Origin: an uncultured Solirubrobacteraceae bacterium
GTDB taxonomy: Bacteria; Actinomycetota; Thermoleophilia; Solirubrobacterales; Solirubrobacteraceae
Reading direction: 5' to 3'
Length of the DNA stretch: 64,000 nucleotides
Assembly: GCA_963764125.1 (NCBI GenBank)
Contig: CAVXRR010000001.1
Location: 271,773 to 335,772 of the forward strand
Within the stretch, counting starts at the first letter, position 1; each line of letters opens with the position of its first letter. Below, one piece after another: positions 49,516-58,807 of this stretch. The translations under genes were made by a program, and so were the position numbers. The notes under the pieces are model-generated. The model was not told the origin of the DNA. It saw nothing but the letters and a program-made list of their open reading frames with translations, and searched no databases.

Positions 49516-50388
49516 TCAGCGCGTCTGCGGGGACTGCGAGGCGGCGGCGGTGTCGCCCAGGTCGGCGAGCGTCAGCGGGTGAGCGGGTGGCGCGTCGAGG
49601 ACCCGCCGGCGGGTCACGCGCAGATCGGGGTCGACGTGCAGCAGCTCGCCCGAGCCCAGCGGCGCCCACGCCGGGTCATCATCCATCCGCTCGGTGGCAA
49701 CCACCACCGCGGGGCTGGCGGCCAGGTCGCCGGAGTGCACGCGGATGCGCCCGCGCGGACTGGAGTGCTCGAGGTGACGGTCGCCGGCCGCGCCGCCCGC
49801 GGCGCGCTCGAGCACGAGCAGGTCATGGCTCTCGGGGTAGCGCAGCGCCCAGAGGTCCTCGGGTGTGATGAGCACAAGATTGATGGCGAACAGCGGCAGG
49901 TTCTCAGCCACCCAGCGCGCCGCCGCGGCGATGCCCTCGCCGACGTCGCCGGTGCGCCGCGTCTCGCGGGTGATCAGCGCAAAGAAGCGCTCGGAGTCGG
50001 TCTCGCCCTGCACCAGCGACATCGCGTCGCCCAGTTCGGCTTCGAGGCGGTCCAGGCCCTCGATGACGCCGTTGTGGGCGAACAGCCGCCCGTCCTGCTC
50101 GAACGGGTGGGTGTTGCGCTCAGAGAGGGCCCCGGTGGAGGCGTAGCGGACGTGGGCCACGAACGTGCGCGAATCGACCTCCTGGGCCTCCCGCGCGAAA
50201 TCCTTGTCGTGGTAGGCGGCGATGGCCTGCTTGGAGACGACTGGGCGGCCGTTCTCGTCGAAGTACCCCAGGCCCGTCCCGTCGGGCTCGCGGCGGCTCT
50301 GCTGCGCCAGCGAGTCGGGCGCCTCCAGCAGCCAGAAGGTGGCGTGGACGGGCTCCCGGCCTCCGCTCATGGCAAACAGGCGACACAT
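49516..50388 (-). CDS. class II glutamine amidotransferase (YafJ/EgtC-like)
   Basis: MCRL Ntn Cys, DG.G, AHVRYAS, NTHPF, HNG and GETDSE. Confidence 0.9.
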   Translation of the reverse strand: MCRLFAMSGGREPVHATFWLLEAPDSLAQQSRREPDGTGLGYFDENGRPVVSKQAIAAYHDKDFAREAQEVDSRTFVAHVRYASTGALSERNTHPFEQDGRLFAHNGVIEGLDRLEAELGDAMSLVQGETDSERFFALITRETRRTGDVGEGIAAAARWVAENLPLFAINLVLITPEDLWALRYPESHDLLVLERAAGGAAGDRHLEHSSPRGRIRVHSGDLAASPAVVVATERMDDDPAWAPLGSGELLHVDPDLRVTRRRVLDAPPAHPLTLADLGDTAAASQSPQTR

Positions 50389-50480
50389 GATCCCCACACT
50401 AGGGAGCAATTGGCGTCTGTCAAAGTTCTTTCAAGCTCGCCTGCGATCTTTGGTCTCGTCCAAGGAAAGGCGGACCGATC

Positions 50481-51740
50481 ATGAGATTCCTGCGTACAGC
50501 ATCCACCGGCCGGCTTCTGGCCCTCATCGGCGCCCTCGTCGTCGCCATCGGTGCCGGCACCGCGATCGCCGTCGCCGCGACCGCCAACGGCCCCGTCCCG
50601 CGGGCCAAGCCCCTCGCCGGCGCGCTCCACGCTGCCCTGGCGGCCAAGCCCGTCGCGGGCATCACCGCCGACATCAGCTTCACCAACAACCTGATCAGCT
50701 CCGACAACCTGCCCGGCGAGGCTGCCGACCCGCTCCTGCAGGGCACGCGCCACGGGCGGGTGTGGCTGTCCAACGACGGCCGGCTGCGGATCGAGCTGCA
50801 GGGCGACAACGGGGACGCCAACCTCGTCGTCAACAACAACGCCTTCTGGATCTCCGATCCGATGCAGAAAACGGTCTACGAGGGCACGCTGCCCGCGGGC
50901 AAGGCCGGCACGGCGGCCGCCAAGGACAAGGCCGACACGCAGGGCATCCCGACGATCGCCGAGATCCAGTCGCACATCACCGACATGATCAAGCGCGTCG
51001 ATGTGACCGGCGTCGGCACCTCGAACCCGGGTGACGTGGCCGGACGGCCGGCGTACTCGGTGTCGGTGTCGCCCAAGCACTCCGGCGGCCTGCTGGGCCG
51101 GGCCCAGCTGGCCTGGGACGCGGTCACCGGCACCCCGCTGCGCATCGCGGTCTACGCCCGCGGCAACCCCAACGCCGTGCTGGCGCTCACCGCCACCAAC
51201 ATCTCCTACGGGAAGGTCGCGGACTCAGACCTCAACATCTCACCGCCGTCGGGCGACAAGGTCGTCAAGGTCTCGACCGCCGACAAGCACGCCATGGCCG
51301 CGGCGACCGCGCACGCGGCCCGCTCCAAGGCGCGCCGCGCGCACGCCCAGGTCAACGGCGTCGCCGCCGTGGCGAGCCGCGTGTCCTTCCCCCTCGCCGC
51401 GCCCAAGGCGCTTGCGGGCCTGCCCCGCGCGGGCGTCACCCTGCTGGACTGGGGCGGCAAGCCGGCCGCGCTGCTCACCTACGGCCAGGGCGTGGGCGCG
51501 ATCGCGGTGATCGAGCAGGGCGCCTCCTCACCGGCGGGGGCGCCGAGCAGCATCGGCTCGGGTCGCGGCCTCAACCTCCCGGCGGTGTCGATCAACGGAG
51601 CGACGGGCCAGGAGCTCGCCACCCCGCTCGGGACCGTCGAGCGTTTCACCAAGGGCGGCGTGTCCTACACGGTGATCGGGTCGGTGGCTCCCTACGCGGC
51701 GGAGACCGCAGCGCGGGCGCTCACGAAGCCCTCTCCGTGA
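50481..51740 (+). CDS. secreted/anchored LolA-fold-like protein
   Basis: Signal or anchor helix, then VAGRPAY...P...D..TG.PLR; first gene of the ABC operon. Confidence 0.7.
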   Translation: MRFLRTASTGRLLALIGALVVAIGAGTAIAVAATANGPVPRAKPLAGALHAALAAKPVAGITADISFTNNLISSDNLPGEAADPLLQGTRHGRVWLSNDGRLRIELQGDNGDANLVVNNNAFWISDPMQKTVYEGTLPAGKAGTAAAKDKADTQGIPTIAEIQSHITDMIKRVDVTGVGTSNPGDVAGRPAYSVSVSPKHSGGLLGRAQLAWDAVTGTPLRIAVYARGNPNAVLALTATNISYGKVADSDLNISPPSGDKVVKVSTADKHAMAAATAHAARSKARRAHAQVNGVAAVASRVSFPLAAPKALAGLPRAGVTLLDWGGKPAALLTYGQGVGAIAVIEQGASSPAGAPSSIGSGRGLNLPAVSINGATGQELATPLGTVERFTKGGVSYTVIGSVAPYAAETAARALTKPSP

Positions 51741-52765
51741 CGGACGGCGCCGACAGCTCGAACCACGGTGCGGCAGCGGCGAGCGCCGGTGCCGCGCCGC
51801 CACCTATCGAGGTCCGCGGGCTGGTCAAGCGCTACGGCGAGCTGACCGCCGTCGGCGGGGTCGACCTGACGGTGCAGACCGGGGACGTCTACGGGTACCT
51901 CGGCCCCAACGGTGCGGGCAAGACCACATCGCTGCGGATGATGCTCGGCCTCATCCGCCCGACCGAGGGGACGGTCCGGCTGTTCGGCCGTGACCCGACG
52001 GCGAGCGTGCAGGCGCTGCAGGGCGTGGCCGGCTTCGTCGAGGCGCCGACCTTCTACCCCTACCTCAACGCGCGCAAGAACCTGGAGATGCTCGCCGCCT
52101 ACGACGGCGGCGGCGCGCCCGAGCGCATCGACCAGGCGCTGGACACCGTCGAGCTCACCGACCGCCAGCGCGACCGGGTGGGCGGCTACTCGCACGGCAT
52201 GCGCCAGCGGCTAGGGATCGCCGCCGCGCTGCTGCGCGCGCCTGAGCTCCTGCTCCTCGACGAGCCCGCCACGGGCCTGGACCCCGCCGGGATGCGCGAC
52301 ATGCGCCTGCTCATCCGGCGCCTGGCCGAGCAGGGCATGACCGTGCTGCTCTCCAGCCATCTGCTGACCGAGATCGAGGACGTCTGCAACCGGGTGGCGA
52401 TCGTGCGCCAGGGCCGGATCGTCTACGAGGGGGAGATCGCGGAGCTCAAGCGCGGGGCCGGCACTCGCTACTGGCTGCAGACCACCGACGACGAGCGGGC
52501 CATGGCGGTGTGCCAGGTCCAGCCGGGGATCGCCGACGTCCGGACAGAGCACGGGCGGATCTCGTTCACCGCCGACGAGGATGCCGCCGGCGCGCTGTCG
52601 CAGGCGCTGGTGGAGTCGGGGGCGCTCATCCACGCGATGGCACCCCAGACGGTCACGCTCGAAGACCTGTTCTTCTCCTTCACCGAGGGCGACGGAGTCC
52701 CGCCCACCCCGCCGGCCGCCCCCGAGCATCCTCACACCGCCGAGGCGGCGGAAAGCGCGCGCTGA
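51737..52765 (+). CDS. ABC transporter ATP-binding protein
   Basis: GPNGAGKT, YSHGMRQR, LLDEP and SSH. Confidence 0.95.
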   Translation: MTDGADSSNHGAAAASAGAAPPPIEVRGLVKRYGELTAVGGVDLTVQTGDVYGYLGPNGAGKTTSLRMMLGLIRPTEGTVRLFGRDPTASVQALQGVAGFVEAPTFYPYLNARKNLEMLAAYDGGGAPERIDQALDTVELTDRQRDRVGGYSHGMRQRLGIAAALLRAPELLLLDEPATGLDPAGMRDMRLLIRRLAEQGMTVLLSSHLLTEIEDVCNRVAIVRQGRIVYEGEIAELKRGAGTRYWLQTTDDERAMAVCQVQPGIADVRTEHGRISFTADEDAAGALSQALVESGALIHAMAPQTVTLEDLFFSFTEGDGVPPTPPAAPEHPHTAEAAESAR

Positions 52766-53586
52766 TGCCCGGCGTCGGCACGGTCTATCGCTGGGAGCTG
52801 TTCAAGCTGCGCCATCAGAAGCGCACCTTCATCGGGCTCGGCGCGGCCATCATCGTGCCCATCCTGTTCGTGCTGGCCATCCACCTGCGCCATCACCAGG
52901 ACCGCGGCGGCGGCTTTGCCTTCTCGGACTATCTGGACCGCAGCGGCCTCGCGGTCCCGCTGGTCATCCTGCTCTTCGGCGCGGTGTGGATGTTCCCGCT
53001 CATCACCGCCCTGGTGGCCGGCGACATCGTCGCCTCCGAGGACCACAACGGCACCCTGAAGACGATCTTCACCCGGTCACTGGAGCGCTGGCAGATTTTC
53101 GCGGGCAAGGCGCTGGCGGCCAGCACCTACGCGGTGACCGCCATCTTCCTGTGCGGGACGGTCGCGGTCATCGCCGGCAGCATCCAGTCCGGGTTCCACT
53201 CGCTGCAGAGCCTGTCGGGGACGACCGTGTCCGCGCCCAAGGGCCTGGAGCTCGTCTACGTCAGCCTGCTCGTCTACCTCATTCCCATCGCCTCGATCGT
53301 CTGCATCGGGCTCCTGCTCTCCTCGGTGACGCGCAACAGCGCCGCCGCGGTCGTGGGGACGCTGATGGTGTCGCTGCTCATCCAGCTGATCGGGATCCTG
53401 CCGGGACTCGGGTCGCTTCAGCCCTACCTGCTCTCCACGCAGTTCAACGCCTGGCAGGGGCTGCTGCGCACGCCCACCGACTGGGAGCCGATCGTGCGCG
53501 CCGCCTGGGTCTGCGCCCTGTACGGGATCCCCACCATCGCCGCGGCGTTCCTGGTCTTCATCCGCCGCGACGTCGCCGGTGGCTGA
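52765..53586 (+). CDS. ABC-2 type permease
   Basis: Six TMs and E...GTLK motif; TGATG overlap with the ATPase gene. Confidence 0.9.
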   Translation: MPGVGTVYRWELFKLRHQKRTFIGLGAAIIVPILFVLAIHLRHHQDRGGGFAFSDYLDRSGLAVPLVILLFGAVWMFPLITALVAGDIVASEDHNGTLKTIFTRSLERWQIFAGKALAASTYAVTAIFLCGTVAVIAGSIQSGFHSLQSLSGTTVSAPKGLELVYVSLLVYLIPIASIVCIGLLLSSVTRNSAAAVVGTLMVSLLIQLIGILPGLGSLQPYLLSTQFNAWQGLLRTPTDWEPIVRAAWVCALYGIPTIAAAFLVFIRRDVAGG

Positions 53587-54250
53587 CCCGCCGCTCGACG
53601 CCGACCGCGTCCTGGTCGTCGACGACGACCCGCCGCTGCAGCGGATGCTCACGCGTACGCTGTCGGCGGAGGGCTTCGCGGTCACCGTGGCGGGCGACGG
53701 CGGCGCCGCGCTGGCCGCCGCCGAGCGGTTCGCTCCCGACGTGATCGTGCTCGACGTGGCCATGCCGACGCTCGACGGCCTGGCGGTCTGCCGGCGTCTG
53801 CGGGGCAAGGGCCTGCCCACCCCGATCCTCATGCTCACCGCGCGCGATGCCGTCCAGGACCGCGTCGCCGGGCTGGAGGCGGGCGCCGACGACTATCTGG
53901 TCAAGCCCTTCGCCATCGAGGAGCTGGTGGCGCGGCTCCGGGCGCTGACGCGCCGCGGCCAGGTGTCGGATGCGCTGGCCTACGCCGATCTCAGCCTTGA
54001 CGTGGCGGCGCGGACGGCGACGCGCGGCGCCCGCGCGCTCGAGCTCACCGGCCGCGAGACCGCCCTGCTGGAGCTCCTGCTGCGCCGGCCCGGCCGCGTC
54101 GTGACCCGTGAGCGCGCGCTGGCGGAGATCTGGGACGACGCCGCCGAGGCCAACGTCGTGGACCGCTACGTCACCCGCCTGCGGCGCAAGCTGGGAGACC
54201 CGCCGCTCATCCGGACCTTGCGAGGCACGGGGTTCGTGCTGCGCGCCTGA
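53579..54250 (+). CDS. OmpR-family response regulator (MprA/PrrA-like)
   Basis: VVDDD, LDVAMP, GADDYLVKPF and IRTLRGTGFVL. Confidence 0.93.
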   Translation: MADPPLDADRVLVVDDDPPLQRMLTRTLSAEGFAVTVAGDGGAALAAAERFAPDVIVLDVAMPTLDGLAVCRRLRGKGLPTPILMLTARDAVQDRVAGLEAGADDYLVKPFAIEELVARLRALTRRGQVSDALAYADLSLDVAARTATRGARALELTGRETALLELLLRRPGRVVTRERALAEIWDDAAEANVVDRYVTRLRRKLGDPPLIRTLRGTGFVLRA

Positions 54251-54352
54251 CCGAGCCGTGCCGGCCCCCGGGCCGCGCCGCGCGCCCGACCGAGCCGTGC
54301 CGGCCCCCGGGCCGCGCCGCGCGCCCGACCGAGCCGTGCCGGCCCCCGGGCC
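54241..54352. repeat. 39-bp tandem repeat, about 2.9 copies
   Basis: Unit gcgcgcc(c/t)gaccgagccgtgccggcccccgggccgcgcc starting at 54241, 54280 and 54319. Confidence 0.9.
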
Positions 54353-56049
54353 TACGCGGTGCTGAGCAGGCTGTAGACGCCCTCCTCGGGCATCGGCTGG
54401 CTGAACAGGTAGCCCTGGGCGCCGTCGCACCCCATCTGGCGCAGCTGGGCCAGCTGGGCGTCGGTCTCGACGCCCTCGGCCACCACCCTCAGCCCGAGCG
54501 CGTGGCCCAGCTCGACGGCGTCGCTGACCGGGTCGCTGTCGCCCTCGGTGCGGCCGAGCCGCGACACCAGCGTCGTATCGATCTTGAGGATGTGGACGGG
54601 GAGCTCCGACAGCGTGATCGACGAGGAGGTGCCGGTACCGTAGTCATCGATGGCGAGGGTGATCCCGAGCTCATTGAGCGCGGCCAGCTGGCGCATGGCG
54701 AGCTCGGGGGCGGCCTCGAGCGCGCCTTCGGCCACCTCCAGGCACAGGACGGCCGGGTCGTGGCCGCCATCGCGTATCTCCTCGGCGAGGTGCTCGACGA
54801 GGTTGGAGTCACTCAGCTGCCGTGCCGACAGGTTCACGGAGATCGTCACCCCGGGCCGCGACTCGCGCCAGTGCTCCACCTGGTCGAGGGCCTCATGGAT
54901 CACCCACTCCCCGATGGGGACGATCAGCCCGGTCTCCTCGGCGATCGACATGAACTCGACCGGCTCGATCAGCCCCAGCTCCGGATGCTCCCAGCGCACG
55001 AGCGCCTCGAACCCCTCCAGGCCGGTCTCGTCGTTGAACGAGACGCGCGGCTGATAGTGGACGCGCAGCTGGGCGAGCTCGACCGCCTGGCGCAGCTCGC
55101 GCTCCAGGTGCGTGCGCGGCCCCGGCAGCCTGGCCATGACGTCCTCGAACACAGCGAAGCGGTCGCCGCCCGATTCCTTGGCCCGGTACATGGCCGTGTC
55201 GGCTTGGCGGATGACGTCGTCGATCTCCTCCTCGGGGTCGGTGACGATGTAGACGCCGATGCTGATCGAGACCGAGCGCTGCTCGCCGGCCAGATGGAGG
55301 GGGAGGCTGGCCGACTGGGTGACACGATGGGCGACGAGCGCGGCCTCCCGCTCGCTCTCCAGGCCCTCGAAGAGGAAGGTGAACTCGTCGCCGCCGAAGC
55401 GGGCGACGGTGTCCATCGGGCGCAGCATGGCGCGGAAGCGCTCGGCCAGCACCATGAGCAGGCGATCGCCCTCGCCGTGCCCGAGCGTGTCGTTGATCTG
55501 CTTGAAGCCGTCGACGTCGAGGAACAGCACCACCACCGGGTCACCCGTGCGGCGGCTACGGTCAAGCGCGCCGCGCAGGCGGTCCAGGAACAGGGCCCGG
55601 TTGGGCAGCGCGGTCAGCGGATCGTGCAGCGCCCGGAGCGCCAGCGCCGCCTCGCTGTGCTTGCGCTCCACCGCGTAGCTGACCGCGCGGGCCAGACGGG
55701 GGGCGTTGAGCTCCGATCTGACCAGGTAGTCCTGGGCGCCGGCCCGCACCACGGCAACGCCGAGATTGTCGTCATCGCCGTCGGCCACGACGACGATCGG
55801 CGTCGCGGGCGACGCGGTGCTCAGTTCCTCCAGCGCCTCGAGCGTGGGCTGATGGTGCAGGTCCAGCAGCACGCACGTGGCTCCGTGGTCGGCCAGCTCC
55901 TGGACGGCATCCCCAACGTGTTGGGTATGACTGACCACCAGGCCACGGCTCCACACCGACCGCAGCATGTCTCCCAGCTCGAGCGCCGCGCGTGCGTCAT
56001 CCTCGACGAGTAAGACCCGCGCGGGCTTGCCGGGCCCGTACAGCTCCAT
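54352..56049 (-). CDS. REC-GGDEF-EAL protein
   Basis: LLVEDD/LLD/GAQDYL receiver, RPMD I-site plus GGDEF, and EAL, DDYGTG, EGVE, QGY. Confidence 0.92.
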   Translation of the reverse strand: MELYGPGKPARVLLVEDDARAALELGDMLRSVWSRGLVVSHTQHVGDAVQELADHGATCVLLDLHHQPTLEALEELSTASPATPIVVVADGDDDNLGVAVVRAGAQDYLVRSELNAPRLARAVSYAVERKHSEAALALRALHDPLTALPNRALFLDRLRGALDRSRRTGDPVVVLFLDVDGFKQINDTLGHGEGDRLLMVLAERFRAMLRPMDTVARFGGDEFTFLFEGLESEREAALVAHRVTQSASLPLHLAGEQRSVSISIGVYIVTDPEEEIDDVIRQADTAMYRAKESGGDRFAVFEDVMARLPGPRTHLERELRQAVELAQLRVHYQPRVSFNDETGLEGFEALVRWEHPELGLIEPVEFMSIAEETGLIVPIGEWVIHEALDQVEHWRESRPGVTISVNLSARQLSDSNLVEHLAEEIRDGGHDPAVLCLEVAEGALEAAPELAMRQLAALNELGITLAIDDYGTGTSSSITLSELPVHILKIDTTLVSRLGRTEGDSDPVSDAVELGHALGLRVVAEGVETDAQLAQLRQMGCDGAQGYLFSQPMPEEGVYSLLSTA

Positions 56050-56139
56050 CACCACCTTGCAAACCTCCGTGTTGCGTCCTGGGACTTTACTCGGAACGGA
56101 GAGGTTTGACCATAAAAACAAAAAAATGAAGTCTTGGCC

Positions 56140-57555
56140 GTGCGGTTCGCCCTGAGACCACTGCGTTCGCTACGCGCACGAATCGTGGCCGCGGCGGTCG
56201 CGGCGATCCTGGCCGCGGTCGCGCTGCTCGCCGTCGTCACCGTGTTGCTGGTCAACCACGAGCTGCGGTCCTCGCTCGACACCGCGCTGCGCCAGCGCGC
56301 CCAGGAGGTGGCCGAGCTGGCCATCTCCACGCCCGCGGTGCTCACCGATCCGGGCGCCTTGGAGAGCCCCATCTCGGGCCGCCAGATCTCGGTGCAGGTG
56401 GTGGACCGCCGCGGCCGGATCGTCGCTCGCTCGCTCAACCTGGGCGCGCGCGTACTGCCCGAGGATGCCCTGGGGCGTGCCGCCCGCATCCACGGGCGCA
56501 CCGGCGCCGAGGACGTCGAGCTCGACGGCCGGCCCCTGCGCATCTACGCGGCGCCGATCGCGGATGCCAGCGGGCCGGCCGCGGGCGGGGCGGTGCTCGT
56601 CGCCTCCGACACGTCGGACATCGCCCACACCACCTCGCACCTCGGGCTGCTGGTGGCGCTGAGCGGCGCCGCCGTGGCCGTGCTGGCGGCGCTGGCGGCG
56701 GCCGTGCTCACCCGCCGCGGGCTGCGACCGCTGCGCACGCTGGCCGTGGCCGCGGGGGAGATCGAGGCCACCGCGGATCCGAGCCGCCGCTTACCCGAGA
56801 CGGCGTCGCTGGATGAGATCGGCCGGCTGACCGGGGTGCTCAACCGCATGCTCGCGTCGCTGGAGGAGGCTCGCGCGAGCGAGCGCCGCCTGCTCGCCGA
56901 CGCCTCACACGAGCTGCGCACGCCGGTCACCGCGTTGCTGGGCAACGTCGAATACGCGGCGCGCCACGGCGCCGATGACGAGGTCCTGGCCGACCTGCGC
57001 CACGACGCGCGCCGGCTCGCGCACCTGGTCGACTCGCTGCTGGCCCTCGAGCGTGCCGGGGAGGGGACGCCCGACCTCGCGCCCGTGCGACTCGACGATC
57101 TCGTGCGCATGGCGGTGGACGAGCGCGACCCGGGACGGGTCCACGTCGGCAGCCTGGACCGGGTGACGGTGGCCGGCGACGACGATGGCCTGCGCCGGGC
57201 GGTGGGGAACCTCATCGACAACGGGCTCGTCCACGGGCCGGTTCGCGGCCACGTCACCGTGTCCCTCGACGTCGTCGGCAATCGCGCGCTGCTGAGCGTC
57301 ACCGACCAGGGTGCGGGCCCCGAGCCCGAGCTGCACGGTCAGCTCTTCGAGCGCTTCTGGCGCGGCCCGGGCGCCTCCGATCGTCCCGGCTCGGGCCTGG
57401 GGCTGTCGATCGTCGCCGCGATCGCCGGACATCATCACGGGCGCGTGCGCATCGACGGCTCCACCTTTACGCTCGACCTGCCGGTGGTGCAGACGCCCGG
57501 CGGCTCGGGCGGCTCGGGCGGCTCAGGCGGGTCGGGGGGGTCAGGAGACGGATAG
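56140..57555 (+). CDS. sensor histidine kinase with GGS-repeat tail
   Basis: DASHELRTP, NLIDNG, D.G.G and GSGLGL; C-terminal (GGS)5. Confidence 0.92.
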   Translation: MRFALRPLRSLRARIVAAAVAAILAAVALLAVVTVLLVNHELRSSLDTALRQRAQEVAELAISTPAVLTDPGALESPISGRQISVQVVDRRGRIVARSLNLGARVLPEDALGRAARIHGRTGAEDVELDGRPLRIYAAPIADASGPAAGGAVLVASDTSDIAHTTSHLGLLVALSGAAVAVLAALAAAVLTRRGLRPLRTLAVAAGEIEATADPSRRLPETASLDEIGRLTGVLNRMLASLEEARASERRLLADASHELRTPVTALLGNVEYAARHGADDEVLADLRHDARRLAHLVDSLLALERAGEGTPDLAPVRLDDLVRMAVDERDPGRVHVGSLDRVTVAGDDDGLRRAVGNLIDNGLVHGPVRGHVTVSLDVVGNRALLSVTDQGAGPEPELHGQLFERFWRGPGASDRPGSGLGLSIVAAIAGHHHGRVRIDGSTFTLDLPVVQTPGGSGGSGGSGGSGGSGDG

Positions 57556-58092
57556 GCGCCCGGGCGGCCCGATCTCCGCCGGGCGCTCGCCGTCGGGCCG
57601 CGGGCGCAGGCTCATCTGCCACCAGCCCACGTTGCGCCACTGGCCGAACTTGAAGGCGACGTCGCGGTAGACCCCGACCGGCGCGAACCCCACCGACTCG
57701 TGCAGGCCCACGCTGGCGTCGTTGGGCAGCGTCACCCCGGCGCACACCTCGTAGATGCCCTGGCGTTCGAGCAATGGGAAGAGCGCACCGTACAGGGCGC
57801 GTCCGACGCCGCGGCGGTGGTGGGCGGCCGAGATGTAGACGGTCACGTCGGCCGTCCAGCGGTACGCGGCGCGGTCGCGATGGCGCGATCCATAGGCGTA
57901 GCCCACCACCTCGCCGTCGATCTCGGCGACCAGCCACGGATGGGTGCGGGCGGTGATGCGGATGCGGTCGGCCATCTCGTGGGGCTCGGGGGCGCACTCC
58001 TCCAGCGAGGCGACGCTCTCGGTGACGCTGGGGGCGTAGATCGCCGCGCAGGCGGCGGCGTCACGGTCGGGATCGGCGTGGCGGATGAGCAC
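57541..58092 (-). CDS. GNAT acetyltransferase (phosphinothricin acetyltransferase/YncA/ArsN-like)
   Basis: GYAY...R.AY.W...VY...GVGRALY...PNDAS..LH...GF...K.G.W. Confidence 0.9.
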   Translation of the reverse strand: MLIRHADPDRDAAACAAIYAPSVTESVASLEECAPEPHEMADRIRITARTHPWLVAEIDGEVVGYAYGSRHRDRAAYRWTADVTVYISAAHHRRGVGRALYGALFPLLERQGIYEVCAGVTLPNDASVGLHESVGFAPVGVYRDVAFKFGQWRNVGWWQMSLRPRPDGERPAEIGPPGRLSVS

Positions 58093-58105
58093 GGTCCGCG
58101 GAAAT

Positions 58106-58807
58106 CTAATGGGCGGAGAGCGCGACCCGGATGCGGTCGACAGGGGCCGCGGGGGCCGCGGGGGCGCCGGTCATCGTCGCCGGGACGGCGAGGCGGATCG
58201 CCGAGGTCACGAAGGTGACCGGGGCGCGCCGGACCCGGTGCAGGCTGACCGCCTCCTCCCGGGGTCGCAGGCCGAGTGAGGGCGCGAGCTTGAGCAGCAG
58301 TGCACGCGTGACGCCGGGGAGGATCCGGCCGTCGGCGGGCGGCGTGATGAGGTGGTCGCCCTCGACCAGCCACACGTTGCCCCAGGCCGCCTCCAGCACC
58401 GTCCCGTCGGCGTCGACGAGCAGGGGCACCTGCTCGCCCCCCGATATTGCCCCGCGATATCGTGCCGCGATATCCAGGAGGAGGCCGCGGTCGCGCCACT
58501 TGTGCGGGCCGAGGCCTCCGGGAACGACCGACGGCTCGAGCGTCACCGGTTGGCGGGAGCCGGCCGCCACCGGGCGGGTGGTGATCGCGATCTCCTCGCC
58601 GGGCACGACGTCGATGCGCAGGCGGTGCTCGCCGTCCAGGGGCGCGGCTTCGGCGAGCAGCCGCTCGCCCGTGCCGGCCGGGAGCCTCAGTCCGTACAGC
58701 GCGCCCGCCGAGTGGGCGAGGCGGTCGAGGTGTGGCCGCAGGGCGTGGACCCGTCCGTCGCGGACGAGCATCGTCTCGAACACTCCCTGCGCGGGGTCAG
58801 GCGGCAC
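58106..58807 (-). CDS. pabC: class IV aminotransferase (PabC-like ADC lyase); probably the C-terminal domain of a PabB-PabC fusion
   Basis: GVFET, HLDRL, HK..DR, E....N and ILPGVTR. Confidence 0.78.
   Translation of the reverse strand: MPPDPAQGVFETMLVRDGRVHALRPHLDRLAHSAGALYGLRLPAGTGERLLAEAAPLDGEHRLRIDVVPGEEIAITTRPVAAGSRQPVTLEPSVVPGGLGPHKWRDRGLLLDIAARYRGAISGGEQVPLLVDADGTVLEAAWGNVWLVEGDHLITPPADGRILPGVTRALLLKLAPSLGLRPREEAVSLHRVRRAPVTFVTSAIRLAVPATMTGAPAAPAAPVDRIRVALSAH

Noticed and set aside
49516-50388. Ergothioneine biosynthesis (egtC)
   Set aside because: No egtA, egtB or egtD is nearby, so only a generic class II amidotransferase call is supported.
54241-54352. CRISPR array
   Set aside because: The units are contiguous with no unique spacers, and there are no cas genes.
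57498-57546. Synthetic GGS linker or contamination at the kinase C-terminus
   Set aside because: It is a degenerate 9-bp microsatellite in the overlap of convergent genes, consistent with natural slippage.
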